Shown: positions 16,160 through 18,088 of the stretch, in pieces | Position numbering within the stretch: the first letter of the stretch is position 1 | Layout: each line of letters starts with the position of its first letter | From: an archaeon | GTDB lineage: Archaea > SpSt-1190 > DYHY01 | DNA: 18,088 nucleotides | Assembly (NCBI GenBank): GCA_043803745.1 | Contig: JAZDJS010000042.1 | Location: 1-18,088, forward strand | Reading direction: 5' to 3' | Translations under genes and position numbers: made by a program | The notes under the pieces: generated by a model | The model's database searches: none | What the model saw: the letters and a program-made list of their open reading frames with translations, nothing else | What the model was told of the DNA's origin: nothing

Positions 16160-16420
16160 GATTTCGCCCGATGGCTCAACTTTTCCGGGAAGGGCGGATT
16201 CCGCCTCAGCAGGAGCCGAGCAAGGGCGAGGTCCAGCTTTGCTGGGGAGGTTGAGCCGAGCCATCAGGCAAGCTGCGAAATCTCCGACTGAACGAGCCAA
16301 AGTAATAACGAAGGATAATCGGCGGGTGCCTAAGGAGGAGGGATTTTCCTTCGTTCCTCAGGACCTCGTCCGTGTTGCCACACCGACTCGGGAACCCGCA
16401 CTTCAAAGAGTTTTCTTTTT
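16160..16420 (+). ncRNA. candidate structured non-coding RNA of unknown family
   Basis: Several long complementary segments with G-U pairs favouring the + strand (see findings); oligo-T tract at 16411-16420; no credible ORF. Confidence 0.5.
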
Positions 16421-16461
16421 GACCCCGAGGGACTTTTTCTTTGGCAAAGAAAAAGGGGCTC

Positions 16462-16550
16462 TGGTGCAGGAGGAGGGATTTGAACCCACGAAGGCACTAA
16501 GCCACGGGATCTTAAGTCCCGCCCTTTTGACCAGTCTCGGGCACTCCTGC
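16462..16550 (-). tRNA. tRNA-Leu(TAA), long variable arm, CCA encoded
   Basis: Acceptor GCAGGAG/CTCCTGC, anticodon arm CGGGA-CTTAAGA-TCCCG, T arm GTGGG-TTCAAAT-CCCTC; TATA at 16575-16582. Confidence 0.96.
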
Positions 16551-16653
16551 TCGCTAACCTCCTGCACCACCCCATTTATAAAAAAGGGTTGCTTTTCCGG
16601 ACTGGGGGGGACAAGGGCGACCGCGGAGGAATTCGGCGCGCTTGCGAGGAAAA

Positions 16654-17199
16654 TCAGAGCGCTCCTGTGATAAGGTTCCCCAATAAGCTCCCGGCCTTTT
16701 TTGCCGCGAAATTGACAGCTCCAGATTCAATCTCGTGATTGACTTCAACTGGCGCATGAGGGCTGTGGTGCCGATGTTGGTACGGGTCCTCGCTGCCAGT
16801 GAGCTCCCGGTAAAAGTCGTGCCGCATCCGGTTCCTTGCGTTCATTGAGGGGGACATAATCAGTTTCGTCAGAGGCTTTGCAAGCCCGGCCAGGGGACCT
16901 ATTTCAGGGGCAACCGCGCCAACAACAAAAGGCGCGGCAGTTGAAACAAAACTCGTGAGCCCCTTGTTCAGCTTGTCGCCGTCATATCCGAGCGCGTCGG
17001 CAAGGTAAGGGAGCGGATTTGAGAGCGCGTCGGTTGCTCCGGAGAAAAGATGGTAACCCTTCTTGGCAAGATATATCGGGTCGTGGTTCGGATTGTGCCC
17101 TTCAGAATCGAAGCGATGGTATGTCCGGCTATGGTAAGCTTTCCTCCCGGACGGATAAGAGGAAACATACTCCTCTTCCCACGGATTGGAATAGTCCAT
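16654..17199 (-). CDS. hypothetical His/Tyr-rich protein (181 aa)
   Basis: ATG-started ORF filling the space between the tRNA-Leu promoter and a divergent gene; no recognisable motif. Confidence 0.65.
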   Translation of the reverse strand: MDYSNPWEEEYVSSYPSGRKAYHSRTYHRFDSEGHNPNHDPIYLAKKGYHLFSGATDALSNPLPYLADALGYDGDKLNKGLTSFVSTAAPFVVGAVAPEIGPLAGLAKPLTKLIMSPSMNARNRMRHDFYRELTGSEDPYQHRHHSPHAPVEVNHEIESGAVNFAAKKAGSLLGNLITGAL

Positions 17200-17285
17200 C
17201 TTCCGAATTGGCTGGTCCGAGTTATTATGTGTTTCTCCCGGAAAAAAGGAGAATACTTATAATCTTGGCCGGGCGGAAAAAAACG

Positions 17286-17489
17286 ATGGCGAAGGGCAGA
17301 AAATCCTACGAGGGCGTTTTCTTTTCAAAGATTCTTCTCGGGCTTGCAATAGTCCTGGGAATCTTCATGTTCGCAAAGAAGGGGCTCGGGCTCTGGACTG
17401 CGGCGCTCCTCGCCCTGATAATAATAATCTACGCCGGCTTCGCCGACCCGACAAGCACCTATGCCGAGGAAAAGTACAAGGTCAAGTAA
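17286..17489 (+). CDS. small 2-TM membrane protein (67 aa)
   Basis: MAKGRKSYEGVFFSKILLGLAIVLGIFMF...WTAALLALIIIIYAGF; CTTATAA ~25 nt upstream of ATG 17286. Confidence 0.7.
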   Translation: MAKGRKSYEGVFFSKILLGLAIVLGIFMFAKKGLGLWTAALLALIIIIYAGFADPTSTYAEEKYKVK

Positions 17490-17534
17490 GGGCGAAAAAA
17501 GTCTTTTAAACCCGTGGGCGCCTCTGATTCCCAA

Positions 17535-17609
17535 GCTCCTGTCGTCTAGTTCGGCCAAGGATTCTGGCCTTTCGAGCCGGAGACCCGGGTTCAAATCCCG
17601 GCGGGAGCA
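17535..17609 (+). tRNA. tRNA-Glu(TTC), CCA not encoded
   Basis: Acceptor GCTCCTG/CGGGAGC, anticodon arm CTGGC-CTTTCGA-GCCGG, T arm CCGGG-TTCAAAT-CCCGG; GAAAAAA..TTTTAAA promoter at 17494-17510. Confidence 0.97.
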
Positions 17610-17642
17610 CTCGCACCTATCTGTTTCCAGTTGATTCGTGGT

Positions 17643-17705
17643 GCTCGCGCCCCCGTCGATTTCGCCCAGAATATTTTACAATTGGCTCAACCGGCGGGAG
17701 CACTC
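17643..17705 (+). pseudogene. degenerate tRNA-Glu copy / att-like duplication of the tRNA 3' end
   Basis: ccggcgggagcactc is identical at 17598-17612 and 17691-17705; the upstream part resembles the tRNA 5' strand and D arm. Confidence 0.6.
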
Positions 17706-18033
17706 AAACTCGCCTTAACTCGCTTCGCTCGTATTCGTCCGCGAGTTCGAGTATTTCTCCCTAACGCTTGCGCTCGGGCTCAACACTTTTTATTTTTCTC
17801 GGAGCTCTCCTGCGCTGAGACGTGGATGGTCTGCGGACCAGCGCCCCCGCCGACTTTGCCTAAATTATTTCACTGTTGGCTCAGCAAGGATGGACCTCCG
17901 AGAGCATTGACTCGACGAATTACTTGGGGAAGCAGGTGTTGGCGGATAAGTGGTATGAAACGTTAGGAGACACCCTAAAGATTCTCGTTCGCGGGTAAAT
18001 GTATTTTAAACGAAATAGCTCGATATGTAAAAT

Positions 18034-18088
18034 ATGAAGACCTGTGAGTATTACTGGTTCACTCTGCCAATTCGAGAGTCGTATGAGG
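18034..18088 (+). CDS. possible start of a gene running off the right edge (MKTCEYYWFTLPIRESYE...)
   Basis: TTTTAAA at 18004-18010 ~24 nt upstream of ATG; frame open to the edge, but only 18 codons are visible. Confidence 0.3.
   Translation, partial: MKTCEYYWFTLPIRESYE

Noticed and set aside
16160-16420. RNase P RNA, SRP RNA, hammerhead, group I intron or c-di-AMP riboswitch identity for the structured element
   Set aside because: No paired GAGGAAAGUCC / AGAAxxxGGCUUA regions; CAGG and AGCA are only 5 nt apart without a GNRA hairpin; CTGAACGA lacks the hammerhead stem II-GAAA; no good P7 partner or host gene; no downstream gene for a riboswitch.
16239-16670. 143-aa + strand ORF, and ORFs 12507-12917 and 17325-17594
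   Set aside because: They overlap well-formed tRNA genes and have no protein-like motifs.
17631-17966. 111-aa ORF downstream of tRNA-Glu
   Set aside because: TTG start, runs through the tRNA-like duplicate and hairpins, no recognisable protein features.

Overview
Archaeal chromosomal window. A small-genome DPANN-type lineage is inferred from the compact gene packing, near-leaderless TATA promoters and reduced proteins, but is not proven. Core genes: aIF5A, RNase HII, translin/TRAX, AhcY, Dph6, a ThiF/UbaA E1-like enzyme, a Nob1-type PIN nuclease, a CDP-alcohol phosphatidyltransferase, the rpl18e-rpl13-rps9-rpoN cluster, and tRNA-Pro(GGG), tRNA-Leu(TAA) and tRNA-Glu(TTC). Orphan genes are interspersed among them. 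Highlights: (1) a ~260-nt, apparently non-coding, heavily base-paired element with two possible pseudoknots at 16160-16420. It converges on tRNA-Leu, carries a segment antisense to that tRNA's 3' end in a hairpin loop, and matches no RNA family I recognise. (2) A 469-aa orphan with a divergent caspase-like His-Cys domain, lying among orphan membrane proteins that include a paralogous pair. (3) A Pol-beta-type nucleotidyltransferase missed by the ORF track. (4) A degenerate second tRNA-Glu/att-like copy. (5) A decayed triplication of the dph6 5' end. (6) Recurrent 12-nt tandem repeats. All calls were made by eye; no searches or folding software were run.
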